Source of the DNA: Acidobacteriota bacterium
Lineage (GTDB): Bacteria > Acidobacteriota > UBA4820 > DSQY01
Reading direction: 5' to 3'
Assembly: GCA_040752915.1 (NCBI GenBank)
Contig: JBFMHB010000001.1
Coordinates: forward strand, 78,532-142,531
DNA: 64,000 nucleotides
Shown: in pieces, positions 1-8,988 of the stretch
Position numbering within the stretch: position 1 is the stretch's first letter
Layout: each line of letters begins with the position of its first letter
Notes under the pieces: model-generated
What the model was told of the DNA's origin: nothing
Seen by the model: the letters and a program-made list of their open reading frames with translations, nothing else
The model's database searches: none
Program-made: the position numbers and the translations under genes

Positions 1-284
1 TCCGGGCCGAAAGCTCCATTGGGGCTGTCCACCTCAGCGATCCTGGCCCCATCGGGATCGAAGGCCGACAACACCAAATCCACACCCTTCTGAAGGGCCA
101 CAACCTTTACGTACTCTCCCTTCTCCAGGACCGCCGCGAACCGGTGTGCCTCCCCGGGACCCAGAAGCCCCGTATGAGGCTCCCCCACCTCCAACGAAGG
201 ACCCGGCGCCTCCTGCGCCCCCAAAAGCAGGGTCAAGAGAGTCAGACACGCCGCAACGAACCACCTGAATCGTCCCAGCCTCAT
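1..284 (-). CDS. Exported protein, N-terminal fragment (gene continues beyond window start); signal peptide then conserved region
   Basis: Reverse-strand translation from ATG at 284..282 preceded by an AGGAGG RBS: MRLGRFRWFVAACLTLLTLLLGAQEAPG... (Sec signal peptide) then GEAHRFAAVLEKGEYVKVVALQKGVDLVLSAFDPDGARIAEVDSPNG. The frame is open to window edge, so it is absent from the ORF track. Confidence 0.5.
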   Translation of the reverse strand, partial: MRLGRFRWFVAACLTLLTLLLGAQEAPGPSLEVGEPHTGLLGPGEAHRFAAVLEKGEYVKVVALQKGVDLVLSAFDPDGARIAEVDSPNGAFGP

Positions 285-882
285 ACCCCGCCTCCTCTCT
301 GTCCCCGCTGAAGGTGATACGGGAGGAGGGAGTTCCAGGTTTAGCGCGCAGGGGAAACGCACTCCATTCGCGCGAAACGCCTCATCTGGACGCACCACCG
401 CCCGCCTTCGGAGGTCGGTTTCGCGCTCGGCCTCGAGGCCCGCCGGCAACCTTGCGGAGGGGCTTTGCGTATAGCCATTCTCGCGCGCCGTCGCTCGGCG
501 CAGGGAGGCGGTTTTGGACGGCAGGCGGCCCCGGGTGGAAGAGTTCAGCGTCTCCGGCCTTCAAGTGCGCGGATGGCTCGTTGCAGGCTGGCAGGCCGTC
601 TTTTCCCGCCGCGTCGTCCTGAAATCTCGCTCCGGGAGGAACCTTCTCTGGATCCCCCTCTTCCTGCTCGCTCCTCTGGTCCTCCTGGAGCCTTTCTGGG
701 TCTTGGTGACCGCCATGCTCCTCCTGGCCCTCGGAGGGCGCCTCTCCCTGGAACGATCCGAAGCCGCGCCCGATGACCTCCCACCGGCCGCGGCTTCCTC
801 CTCGGCTTGAGGGAAAATGGCCCCGCCCGCCAGGGGGATCCACCGAGGGTGTAGACTGGCAGATAGCTGAAAGGGGGTTCCG

Positions 883-2103
883 ATGGCCCGTCGACCGTAT
901 CGCAGCCTTCCCTCCGACGCCGGGGTGGACCGGCGCCTCTTCCTGAAATCCCTGGGCGCCGCCTCGGCGGCGGTCACGGGCGGAATCGTCTTGGGCGTCC
1001 CCGCCGACGCAGAGGAGACCCCCAAGCCGCCGCCCCCCGCGGAAATCGAGACCAACCTCGAGGACTTTCTCAAGGTCCCAAGGGGACCCCATGCCATCCC
1101 GGGTCCTTTTCCAGGGAAGGTCGTGCGCCTTTCCAACGAGAAGTGCCTCCGGGGTGATAAGGTGGACCCGGCCGTCGTCGCCGAAATGGTGGAGGCGGGT
1201 ATCTGCCGCCTCACCGGGAAACGCCTTCGGAAAAGTTTCGACCTCTTCTTCACCAAATCGGACGTGGTCGGCATCAAGGTCAACCCGGTGGGAGCCCCGC
1301 TCATCAGCACCAAACCCGAACTCGTCGAGGCGGTCATCGCCTGGCTGGAGCGCTGCGGCCTCCCGCGGAGAAACATCGTGATCTGGGACAGGTTTGACGA
1401 CATGCTCCGGGAGGCCGGCTTCACGCCCCAGCGCTTCCCGGGCGTCCAGATCGAGGCCATGCAGACCATCGCCGAGGAGGGAAAGTCCTGGAAAAACGAG
1501 AAGGGCGAGCATGTCAGCGCCCAGAACTTCGACCTCGGGGCCTACTACTACGCGAAAGGGGTCCTGGGAAAATCGGTCCCGGGGTACGGCAGCGACGACG
1601 CCTACCTGAACCAGCACGTCTTCGACGGGGAGTACAGCTACTTCGGAAAGCTCGTAACCCAGAAACTGACGAAGATCATCAACCTACCCGTATTCAAGAA
1701 TACCGGGAACGGCATATCCATCGCCACCAAGAACCTCGGCTACGGGGTCACGTGCAACACCGGGCGCCTCCACCAACCCCTGTTTTTCAGGGTGTGCACA
1801 GAGGTCGTGGCGGCCCCGTGGGTGCGGGACAAGCTGGTCCTCAACATCGCCGACGGAATCCGGGGTCAGTACGATGGGGGGCCCATGGGAAACGAGCAGT
1901 TCCAGTTCCCGCACCACACGCTCTACTTCGCCACCGATCCCTTCGCCCTGGACTCGGTCTGCCATGGGGAGATGGTGGCCAAGAGGAAGGCCATGGGGGT
2001 CAAGGTCAACGAGGCTCCCCGGTTCACCGATTACCTAAGGCAGGCCGAAAGGCTTGGGCTCGGCGTGGTGGATCCGGCCAAACTTGAGGTTGTTCGGGCA
2101 TGA
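883..2103 (+). CDS. DUF362-like domain protein with twin-arginine (TAT) signal peptide
   Basis: N-terminus DRRLFLKSLGAASAAVTGG is a TAT motif (RRxFLK); the body matches DUF362-type proteins (VGIKVNPVG..., KIINLPVFKNTGNGISIATKNLGYG). 406 aa with uniform coding statistics. Confidence 0.65.
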   Translation: MARRPYRSLPSDAGVDRRLFLKSLGAASAAVTGGIVLGVPADAEETPKPPPPAEIETNLEDFLKVPRGPHAIPGPFPGKVVRLSNEKCLRGDKVDPAVVAEMVEAGICRLTGKRLRKSFDLFFTKSDVVGIKVNPVGAPLISTKPELVEAVIAWLERCGLPRRNIVIWDRFDDMLREAGFTPQRFPGVQIEAMQTIAEEGKSWKNEKGEHVSAQNFDLGAYYYAKGVLGKSVPGYGSDDAYLNQHVFDGEYSYFGKLVTQKLTKIINLPVFKNTGNGISIATKNLGYGVTCNTGRLHQPLFFRVCTEVVAAPWVRDKLVLNIADGIRGQYDGGPMGNEQFQFPHHTLYFATDPFALDSVCHGEMVAKRKAMGVKVNEAPRFTDYLRQAERLGLGVVDPAKLEVVRA

Positions 2104-2981
2104 GGCGGACCCAGGCGCTCGAGGCGCTCCTGCTCGCCGCCAGCGTCCTGTCGGCGGCCATCCCGTCCCTCTGCGGTGCGCCTGCCCAGGAAAACCCTCC
2201 CCGCGACGCCCCCCCCGCGGGCTGGGTTCGATCCGCGTCCCCCCGGATCTTCTCCGGTGAGGCGCTCTACGACCACATCGACGGGGGAGCCGAGACCTTC
2301 CTGGAGCTGGGTTTCCGGACCTGCACCGTCTCGCGCTTCGAGAGCCCAGGCGACGCCGAACTGGTCCTCGAATCGTACGAAATGCAGGATCCGGCGGCGG
2401 CCCTGGGAATCTACCTCATGCAATGCGGCCGGGAGACACCCGACCCCTCCCTCTCCGAGCGAAACACGGCGGGGAAGACGCAGGTTCGTGCCGTGAAGGG
2501 CCGTTTTTATTTTGTTGCGACGACCGGAGACGCGGGCGGCGAGGCTCGGGCCGCCCTCCTTGGCTCCATGCGCGCCGCCCTGGCCGGCACGCCCGCGGAA
2601 CCGGCCCCCGACTGCCTTTCGTGGATCCCTGAGGACGGGCGCAAGGAAGGATCCCTGCGAATCGCGCGGGGGGGCCTGGGGCTCCAGGCGTCGCTGCCTT
2701 TTGCGGATTCGGATATCCTCTTGCTGGCCGCCGGGCGGGCCACGGCCGTGTCGGCGGACTACCCGTCCGACTCCGGGTGGGTCATCCGGCTGGCCGCCGT
2801 ATACGAAACGCCCCAGGCGGCCCGGTCCGGGGCGCGGCGGCTTGCGGAGGCCCTTGGATGGGAGCCTCCGGCCTCGGAGGCCTCGGTCTGGACGGGGCAG
2901 ACGCCGGACCATCGGGTTTGCCGGGTCGCGGTTGCGGGCCCGCGCCTCGACCTCGAGGCCGGACCGCCCGCGGCGCCCTGA
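2100..2981 (+). CDS. Hypothetical exported protein
   Basis: ATGA overlap with the upstream gene stop. N-terminal hydrophobic signal MRRTQALEALLLAASVLSAAIPSLCGAPAQ. No recognisable catalytic motif. Confidence 0.5.
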   Translation: MRRTQALEALLLAASVLSAAIPSLCGAPAQENPPRDAPPAGWVRSASPRIFSGEALYDHIDGGAETFLELGFRTCTVSRFESPGDAELVLESYEMQDPAAALGIYLMQCGRETPDPSLSERNTAGKTQVRAVKGRFYFVATTGDAGGEARAALLGSMRAALAGTPAEPAPDCLSWIPEDGRKEGSLRIARGGLGLQASLPFADSDILLLAAGRATAVSADYPSDSGWVIRLAAVYETPQAARSGARRLAEALGWEPPASEASVWTGQTPDHRVCRVAVAGPRLDLEAGPPAAP

Positions 2982-3050
2982 TTCCGCCCTCTCCGACTTC
3001 CCGACTCCCCTCCAACCTGTGCTAGAATCGGCCCATTCGAGGATCGGGGC

Positions 3051-4499
3051 ATGCTGAAGGCGTACCGGTACCAATTCAACATCGTGTGCGCCCTGTCTGA
3101 TCTGGCCGCCCTCGCCGCGGCATTCCTGAGCGCCTACCTTCTCCGCCGCGACGTGCTTCCAATCCTCATTTCGGCGCTTGCCCAAAGACCCGTTTTCCCG
3201 CTCGGCGACTATCTCCCCGTTTTTCTCCTCTCCTCCCTGGTGATCCTGGGGTGCCTGTACGCGCTGAAGGGCTACGCCCTGAGCCCGAGCCTGCCCCTCA
3301 CCTCCGCGTTCCTCCTCAACGCGCGGGCCATGGTCACCGCCTTCCTGGTGACCCTCGCCCTGGCCTACCTGCTCAAGCTGACCTTTCTGAGCCGGCTCTT
3401 TCTGGTCTCGTTCCTGCTCCTCTTCATGGCTCTTTCCACATCGCTCCGGTACGCCGCCGCCCTCTGGTTCCGGAGAGCCGCTCAGAAGGGACGCTACGTC
3501 AAGCGGGTTCTCCTGGTGGGAGCCGGCCCCCAGGCCAGGATCCTGGCCCGGCGGATCCAGGAACGGCCGGAGCTCGGCGTCCAGGTCCGCGGCTTCCTGA
3601 GCGTTCCGGGCGTGGACTCCGTCGAAGACGTCTCCCAGATGACCGGATTCGGCATTCAGAACCTGGGCGAGGTCACCGCCCTCCCCGCCCTCCTCGAAGC
3701 CGAAGTGGTGGACGGAGTCATCTTCTGCGTCACCGCGGGGAGCCTTGGGGCCTTCGAGGACCTCTTCCTCATGTGCGAGGACCAGGGTGTGGATACGCTC
3801 GTCGCCGCGAACCTCTTCCCGCACCTCGTGGCCCAGGTCCACCTCGAGCGTCTGGAGGAGCTTCCCCTACTCCGCTTCACGACGATCCCCCACAACTACA
3901 TCGCCCTTTTCCTCAAGAGGACCCTCGACCTGGCCGCCTCGGCCCTGGGCCTCCTCGTCCTGTCGCCCCTTCTGGTTGTCGTGGCCGCCCTCATCAAGGC
4001 CACCTCCCGGGGACCCGTTCTCTTCAGCCAGGAAAGGGTGGGCCTCCACGGGCGCCGCTTCATGTGCCACAAATTCAGAACCATGGTGCAGAACGCGGAG
4101 GAGCTGAAGGCCCACCTCACCCACCTGAACGAAGCCGACGGCCCCGTCTTCAAGATCCGCCAGGATCCCCGCGTCACCCCCGTGGGCAGGTTCCTCCGCA
4201 AGTTCTCCCTGGATGAGCTTCCCCAGCTCTGGAACGTCCTGGTTGGCGACATGTCCCTCGTGGGTCCCCGGCCGCCCATTCCGTCGGAAGTGGACAAGTA
4301 TGCCCGCTGGCAGAGGAGGCGGCTGTCCATGCGCCCTGGAATCACTTGCCTGTGGCAGATTTCCGGCCGGAGCGAACTGGACTTCGACACGTGGATGCGG
4401 CTGGACCTCCAGTACATCGACCACTGGTCTCTGACCCTGGATTTCGTCATTCTCGCCAAGACCCTTCCCGCCGTCCTCTCCACGCGCGGGGCCGCCTGA
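3051..4499 (+). CDS. Polyprenyl glycosylphosphotransferase (bacterial sugar transferase, WcaJ/EpsB/WbaP family)
   Basis: N-terminal multi-TM region, a central linker, and a C-terminal Bac_transf domain: LVLSPLLVVVAALIKATSRGPVLFSQERVG, RPGITCLWQISGRSELDFDTWMRLDLQYIDHWS, DELPQLWNVLVGDMSLVGPRP. Confidence 0.9.
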   Translation: MLKAYRYQFNIVCALSDLAALAAAFLSAYLLRRDVLPILISALAQRPVFPLGDYLPVFLLSSLVILGCLYALKGYALSPSLPLTSAFLLNARAMVTAFLVTLALAYLLKLTFLSRLFLVSFLLLFMALSTSLRYAAALWFRRAAQKGRYVKRVLLVGAGPQARILARRIQERPELGVQVRGFLSVPGVDSVEDVSQMTGFGIQNLGEVTALPALLEAEVVDGVIFCVTAGSLGAFEDLFLMCEDQGVDTLVAANLFPHLVAQVHLERLEELPLLRFTTIPHNYIALFLKRTLDLAASALGLLVLSPLLVVVAALIKATSRGPVLFSQERVGLHGRRFMCHKFRTMVQNAEELKAHLTHLNEADGPVFKIRQDPRVTPVGRFLRKFSLDELPQLWNVLVGDMSLVGPRPPIPSEVDKYARWQRRRLSMRPGITCLWQISGRSELDFDTWMRLDLQYIDHWSLTLDFVILAKTLPAVLSTRGAA

Positions 4500-4544
4500 C
4501 CTTTCTCGCCCGGGGACGCTGGGCTACAATGCCCCAGGAGAGGA

Positions 4545-5621
4545 ATGACCTTGCCCTGGTACAAGAACGTGCTCGGACTCAGGGGCCCCCAGTCGAAGCG
4601 GCGGGGACGCTACGAACTCCCCGACGAGGCCCGCCTGAGCGAGATCCGCAAACACCCGGTCGGCCCCGAGGGAAAGGAAGCCCCCGACCTGAAGGCCCGC
4701 GCGGGAGAAGCCCCGCCTGGACCCATCGCAGGCCTTCGGGTGGAGGTCCGCACGGCCGCGGGAATGGAGCGCCTCCCCTTCCTGCTCCGCGTTCTGGAGG
4801 AGGAGGGGGCTAGGGCGACCTTCTACATGGGGTTTGGCCCGTGCCGGGCCCACCTCGCGGCGCGCGCCTTTCTGGCCGAGCCTTCCCTCGCTTGGAGGGC
4901 CTGGCGGAGCGGCCTTGTCGGCGCCTACGGGTGGAGGACCGCGGGATCGGGGCTCTTCTCGGCTCCTCCCCTGGCCCTTTCGGCCAGAATCAACGCGGTC
5001 GCCGTGCGGGACGCGGGCCACGAACCTGGCGCCATGCCGTGGGACCACTTTCTGTGGCAGGCGCGGGTCGCGGACATGGATCCGGAGCGGATCGCGCTGG
5101 AACTTGCCCGCGGGGAGGAGGCCTTCATCCAGGTCTTCGGCGCCCCGCCCCACACCATCGGCGCACCCGGATGGATGTGCAGCGACGAAAGCCTCCGGCT
5201 CCAGGACCGCCTTCATCTCCTTTTCGGATCGGACTGCCGGGGCACGGACCCGTTCCTGCCCGTCATCCAGGCTCGGGTGCTGCAGACACCGCAGGTGCCG
5301 GTCACGCTGCCCACGGCGCGGGAGCTCCTTCTGTCGGAGGGCATGGCGCCGGCCTCGGCCTTCGCGCGCCTGGCGGACGAGGCCGCCTCCTCAACCTGGC
5401 CCGTTTACGGAGCCTCCGCCGAACTGGAAGGTGGCCCTTATCTCGAGGACTTTCGCGGCTTTCTCTCCCGCCTTCGGGCCTCCGGAAGGACGGTGGTCGC
5501 TCTTCGCCAGGTTCTCGCGGGGCGCCTGGCCGACGGATCCCCCCTTCCCCGGTGCACCATGGCCTACGGTTGCATGGAAGGTCGCCCCGGGGTCGTGTCC
5601 CTCCAACTCCTCGAGGTGTAG
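4545..5621 (+). CDS. ArnD-like polysaccharide deacetylase (4-deoxy-4-formamido-L-arabinose-phosphoundecaprenol deformylase family); start codon uncertain
   Basis: Blocks shared with E. coli ArnD as I recall it: GLRVEVRT (GLRIDVDT), ATFYMGFGP (ASIFFSVGP), YGWRTAGSG (YGWDILLAG), PWDHFLWQAR (AWDHHAWQAR), APGWMCSDE (AAGWRADQ), FGSDCRGTDPF (YNSDCRGAMPF), QVPVTLPT (QIPVTLPT), ELEGG (EVEG). Confidence 0.65.
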   Translation: MTLPWYKNVLGLRGPQSKRRGRYELPDEARLSEIRKHPVGPEGKEAPDLKARAGEAPPGPIAGLRVEVRTAAGMERLPFLLRVLEEEGARATFYMGFGPCRAHLAARAFLAEPSLAWRAWRSGLVGAYGWRTAGSGLFSAPPLALSARINAVAVRDAGHEPGAMPWDHFLWQARVADMDPERIALELARGEEAFIQVFGAPPHTIGAPGWMCSDESLRLQDRLHLLFGSDCRGTDPFLPVIQARVLQTPQVPVTLPTARELLLSEGMAPASAFARLADEAASSTWPVYGASAELEGGPYLEDFRGFLSRLRASGRTVVALRQVLAGRLADGSPLPRCTMAYGCMEGRPGVVSLQLLEV

Positions 5622-5700
5622 CTGAACGCGCGGACATGGCACGGTCCGGAGACTCCTTCTCCGGCCCAAGGGGCGGTAGGACCGCCGGACGGGGCTGTCG

Positions 5701-8700
5701 ATGGCTGAACCCATGAAAGCAGGACTCCGAGGATACTTCAGAGGGTCACGCCTCCCCGCCTCCTTGGCGGGCCTTGCGGCAGGCGTCTTCCTCCTCGGAG
5801 CCTGCGGGCTCCTATGGGTCGGGTACCTGTCTCCTCGCGTGGAACGGCACCACGCCCAGACCCCACCCGCCTCGCCGGAACACCCGCCGGAGGGAGCCAG
5901 GCTCGAGCGTGCGGCCTTCCTCGCCATCGGATTTCTCCTCTCGGTGACGGGAGGACTCGCCGCGTACCTTCTCGTGAACCGCCAGCGAAGGCTGGAGGCG
6001 CACATCGCGATGGCCGTGCGCGACGCCCGAGAACTGAACGAGAAGCTGGAGGCTCAGCTCGCGGCACGGCGCGAGATGGAGGCGCGCTTCACGGCGTTCA
6101 TGAACCACCTGCCCGGAATGGCCTTCATCCGGGACCCTCAGGGCCGCTATGTTTGGACCAGCGGTGGCTGGTCCCGGGAAACGGGCCTTTCTTCGGAGGA
6201 GGTCTCGGGGCTCTCACCTTCGGCGGTCTTTCCGGACGTGGTGGCCCGGGACTTCCTCGATCTCGACCGGAGGGTCCTGGAGGAGCGCAGGGTGCTCCGA
6301 CAGGAGTTCGCCCTCCCGGGACCGGACGGGTACAAGTTCTGGACGGAGACCGTCTTTCCCATCCCCGTGCCCGGCGGAACCGGACCCCTCGTGGGCGGGA
6401 TCGCTCTCGACATCACGGTCCTCAAGCGAGCCCAGACCGAGCTGAAGGAATCCGAGCGCCGCCACCGCGAGCTCTTCGAAGGAAGCCTCGCGGGCGTCTT
6501 CTCCACCACCGTCGAAGGGGAGATCCTCGCCTGCAACGACGCCCTGGCACGCATGTTCGGCTTGTCCTCGGCGGAGGAAGTAAAAAAGCACTCGGCCTGG
6601 GAAGGGTACTTCGACCTCGACGCGCGCCGGGCCTTCCTCGACGTTCTGCGCGCCTCCGGTTCCGTGGAAGGCCACGAAATGGCCGTCCGCAAGGTGGACG
6701 GCACCAACCTCTGGATCCTCGTGAGCGCCAAACTGGAAAGAGACGCGAGGGATCGCTTGGTCGTGTCCGGAACCGCGGTGGACATCACGGAGCGCAAGCG
6801 CGCCGAGAAGGCGCTTCAGGAATCCGAGGCGTGCTTTCAGGCTTTCCTGGCCCGGGTTCCCGGCGTTGTCTTCATTCGCGACGCGGACGGGCGTTACGTA
6901 TATGTGAACGAAGCCTGGGAGGTCCTGAGCGGACGGCGCGCCGAGGAGGTCCTGGGGAAGACGCCCGCGGACCTCTTCCCCAGTGAAGTGGCTGACCGAA
7001 TCCTCGAGGAGGACGCGCAGACCCTGGCGGGCCGGGTCCAGGTCTGGGAGGAGGAGCCCGAAGAGATCAACGGTCGAACCCGGTACTTCTTCTGCTCCAA
7101 ATTCCCGCTTCCCTGCGGCGAAGGACGCCCCCCGAGGGTGGCGGGCATCAGCATCGACATCACCGACCGCAAGGAGGCCCAGGAGGCCCTCCGCGCCTTC
7201 GTGGACCATATCCCGGGCCCCGCATTCCTCCGCGACGCCGAAGGAAGGTACGTCTACGTGAACGAGGCATGGGAGCGTCTCATGCACCTGGAGAGGTCAC
7301 AAGTATTGGGCAGGACTCCCAGGGACCTCTTCCCGCCCAGCCTGGCGGAACCGATCGAAGAAGAAGATCGAGACGCCCTCGCGGGCCGCCTCCTTGAATG
7401 GCAGGAGGAAGCCCAGGAATTCGATGGCGAGATCCGGTACTTCTCCTGCGCCAAATTTCCCCTCGGAGAGGTCCGCGGTGGAAACCCCCTCGTCGGCGGC
7501 ATTTCGGTGGATGTGACCGACCGGCGGCGGGCCCTGGACGCCCTCCGAGAATCGGAACGCTACTTCCGCGACCTCTTCGAGTGCGCCCACGACCCCATCT
7601 TGATCTTCGATCCCGACACGGAGGTCATCCTGGACGCGAACCAGCGCGCCGTCGAAGTCTACGGCTTCTCCAGGGAAGAGCTGGTGGGGCTTTCCCTGGA
7701 GACGATCACCCTGGACGTTCCTCGGGGGAAGGACGCCATCCGGCGGACCATGGCCGCGGGGGCCTATCTGGATTACCAGACGACGCACAGGCGAAAGGAC
7801 GGCCGTCTTCTGCACATCGAGGCCAACGCGGCGGTCATCTCCTTTCGGGGGCGTCCCGCCATCCTCTCCATCGCCCGGGACGTGACCCGCCGGCGCGAAG
7901 TCGAGCGGGCGCTGGCGGACTCGGAGAGGAGGTACCGCCTCCTCTTCGAAAGGAACCTGGCCGGGGTATACCGGGCGCGCCTGGATGGTTCCCTCATCGA
8001 GTGCAACCAGGCCTTTGCCCGCCTCTTCGGATTCGACTCACCGGAGGAAGCGGTGGCCGCCTCGAATCACCAGTTCACGGCCCGGAGGGAGGATTTCGAG
8101 GCCTTCCGGACGAGGCTCCTTCAGGACGGCGCCGTCACCGACCACGAAGTGCGGACTCGCCGCAAGGACGGCGCCCTCTTCCGCATCCTGGAAAACGCCG
8201 TCCTGGTGCGCGAGCCGGACCAGGAGCCCTACTTCGAGGGCACCCTCATCGACATTACGGGCCAGAGGCGGCGGGCGCAGCTGGAAGCACGCGCCCGGCA
8301 GCTCGAGGCCCTCGGCAAGATCGCCCAGGGACTCGCTCACGAGGTCCGGAATCCTCTCTTCGCCATCCAGGTGAACCTTTCGGCCCTCCGTCGGCTCATC
8401 CAGGCCTCGCCCGAAGGCGAACGGCACGCGGATCTGATGAACGAGAACGTCCAGCGTCTGGACCGCCTCATGCGGACCATGATGGAGTTGAGCCTCTCGG
8501 TGGCGCCCGAGGAGATTGAATCCATTTCCCTCGGCCCCCTCGTGCAACAGGCCGTCCAGGACGCGCGCTCCCAGGAACCCGAGAAGGCCGCGCGGGTGCA
8601 CGTCCACGTGGATCTCCCCCAACCTTCCCCTGCCTTCTGGGCGGCACCCAAGAAGGTCGCCCTGGCCCTATCCCACGTGGTCGCCAATGCGTTGGCCGCC

Positions 8701-8988
8701 TCCCCGGACGGCGATCCGGTGGACCTCCAGGCGCGAGTGAAGGACGGGCAGGTCCACTTTCGCGTCGAAGACAGCGGTCATGGAATCCCGACCTCGGATA
8801 TGGAGCGGATATTCGAGCCCTTCTTTACGACCCGGCAGGGACGTTCCGGCCTGGGGCTGACCCTGGCCCGCCACTACGCTCACATCCACGGGGGATCGCT
8901 CACCGGGCGGAACAACGGCGGCCGCGGGGCCACTTTCGTCCTTCAGATCCCCTTGGATTGCCGCCCTTCCCCGCCGCTGGACGCCTAA
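5701..8988 (+). CDS. Membrane-anchored multi-PAS sensor histidine kinase (about six PAS/PAC repeats, HisKA, HATPase_c); no adjacent response regulator
   Basis: Two N-terminal TM segments. Repeated PAS cores (GMAFIRDPQGRYVWTSGGW, GVVFIRDADGRYVYVNEAWE, GPAFLRDAEGRYVYVNEAWE, etc.) separated by ITERKRAE/ITDRKEA PAC linkers. H-box LAHEVRNPLFAIQ and ATP-lid G-boxes DSGHGIP...GLGLTLA at the C-terminus. Confidence 0.9.
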   Translation: MAEPMKAGLRGYFRGSRLPASLAGLAAGVFLLGACGLLWVGYLSPRVERHHAQTPPASPEHPPEGARLERAAFLAIGFLLSVTGGLAAYLLVNRQRRLEAHIAMAVRDARELNEKLEAQLAARREMEARFTAFMNHLPGMAFIRDPQGRYVWTSGGWSRETGLSSEEVSGLSPSAVFPDVVARDFLDLDRRVLEERRVLRQEFALPGPDGYKFWTETVFPIPVPGGTGPLVGGIALDITVLKRAQTELKESERRHRELFEGSLAGVFSTTVEGEILACNDALARMFGLSSAEEVKKHSAWEGYFDLDARRAFLDVLRASGSVEGHEMAVRKVDGTNLWILVSAKLERDARDRLVVSGTAVDITERKRAEKALQESEACFQAFLARVPGVVFIRDADGRYVYVNEAWEVLSGRRAEEVLGKTPADLFPSEVADRILEEDAQTLAGRVQVWEEEPEEINGRTRYFFCSKFPLPCGEGRPPRVAGISIDITDRKEAQEALRAFVDHIPGPAFLRDAEGRYVYVNEAWERLMHLERSQVLGRTPRDLFPPSLAEPIEEEDRDALAGRLLEWQEEAQEFDGEIRYFSCAKFPLGEVRGGNPLVGGISVDVTDRRRALDALRESERYFRDLFECAHDPILIFDPDTEVILDANQRAVEVYGFSREELVGLSLETITLDVPRGKDAIRRTMAAGAYLDYQTTHRRKDGRLLHIEANAAVISFRGRPAILSIARDVTRRREVERALADSERRYRLLFERNLAGVYRARLDGSLIECNQAFARLFGFDSPEEAVAASNHQFTARREDFEAFRTRLLQDGAVTDHEVRTRRKDGALFRILENAVLVREPDQEPYFEGTLIDITGQRRRAQLEARARQLEALGKIAQGLAHEVRNPLFAIQVNLSALRRLIQASPEGERHADLMNENVQRLDRLMRTMMELSLSVAPEEIESISLGPLVQQAVQDARSQEPEKAARVHVHVDLPQPSPAFWAAPKKVALALSHVVANALAASPDGDPVDLQARVKDGQVHFRVEDSGHGIPTSDMERIFEPFFTTRQGRSGLGLTLARHYAHIHGGSLTGRNNGGRGATFVLQIPLDCRPSPPLDA

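Noticed and set aside
514-810. 98-aa plus-strand ORF with one hydrophobic stretch upstream of the DUF362 gene
   Set aside because: Non-ATG start, no RBS, low-complexity termini. Could be a small membrane protein, but evidence is insufficient to call it.
382-1617. 411-aa minus-strand ORF overlapping the DUF362 gene
   Set aside because: Arg/Gly/Pro-rich low-complexity translation, antisense to a gene with a clear TAT signal and a conserved domain. Typical high-GC antisense artefact.
2031-3842. 603-aa minus-strand ORF across the exported-protein and sugar-transferase genes
   Set aside because: Antisense to two genes with strong family motifs. The translation is Arg/Gly/Glu-rich without hydrophobic core pattern.
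6214-7287. 357-aa minus-strand ORF inside the histidine kinase gene
   Set aside because: Antisense to repeated PAS domains; no motifs.
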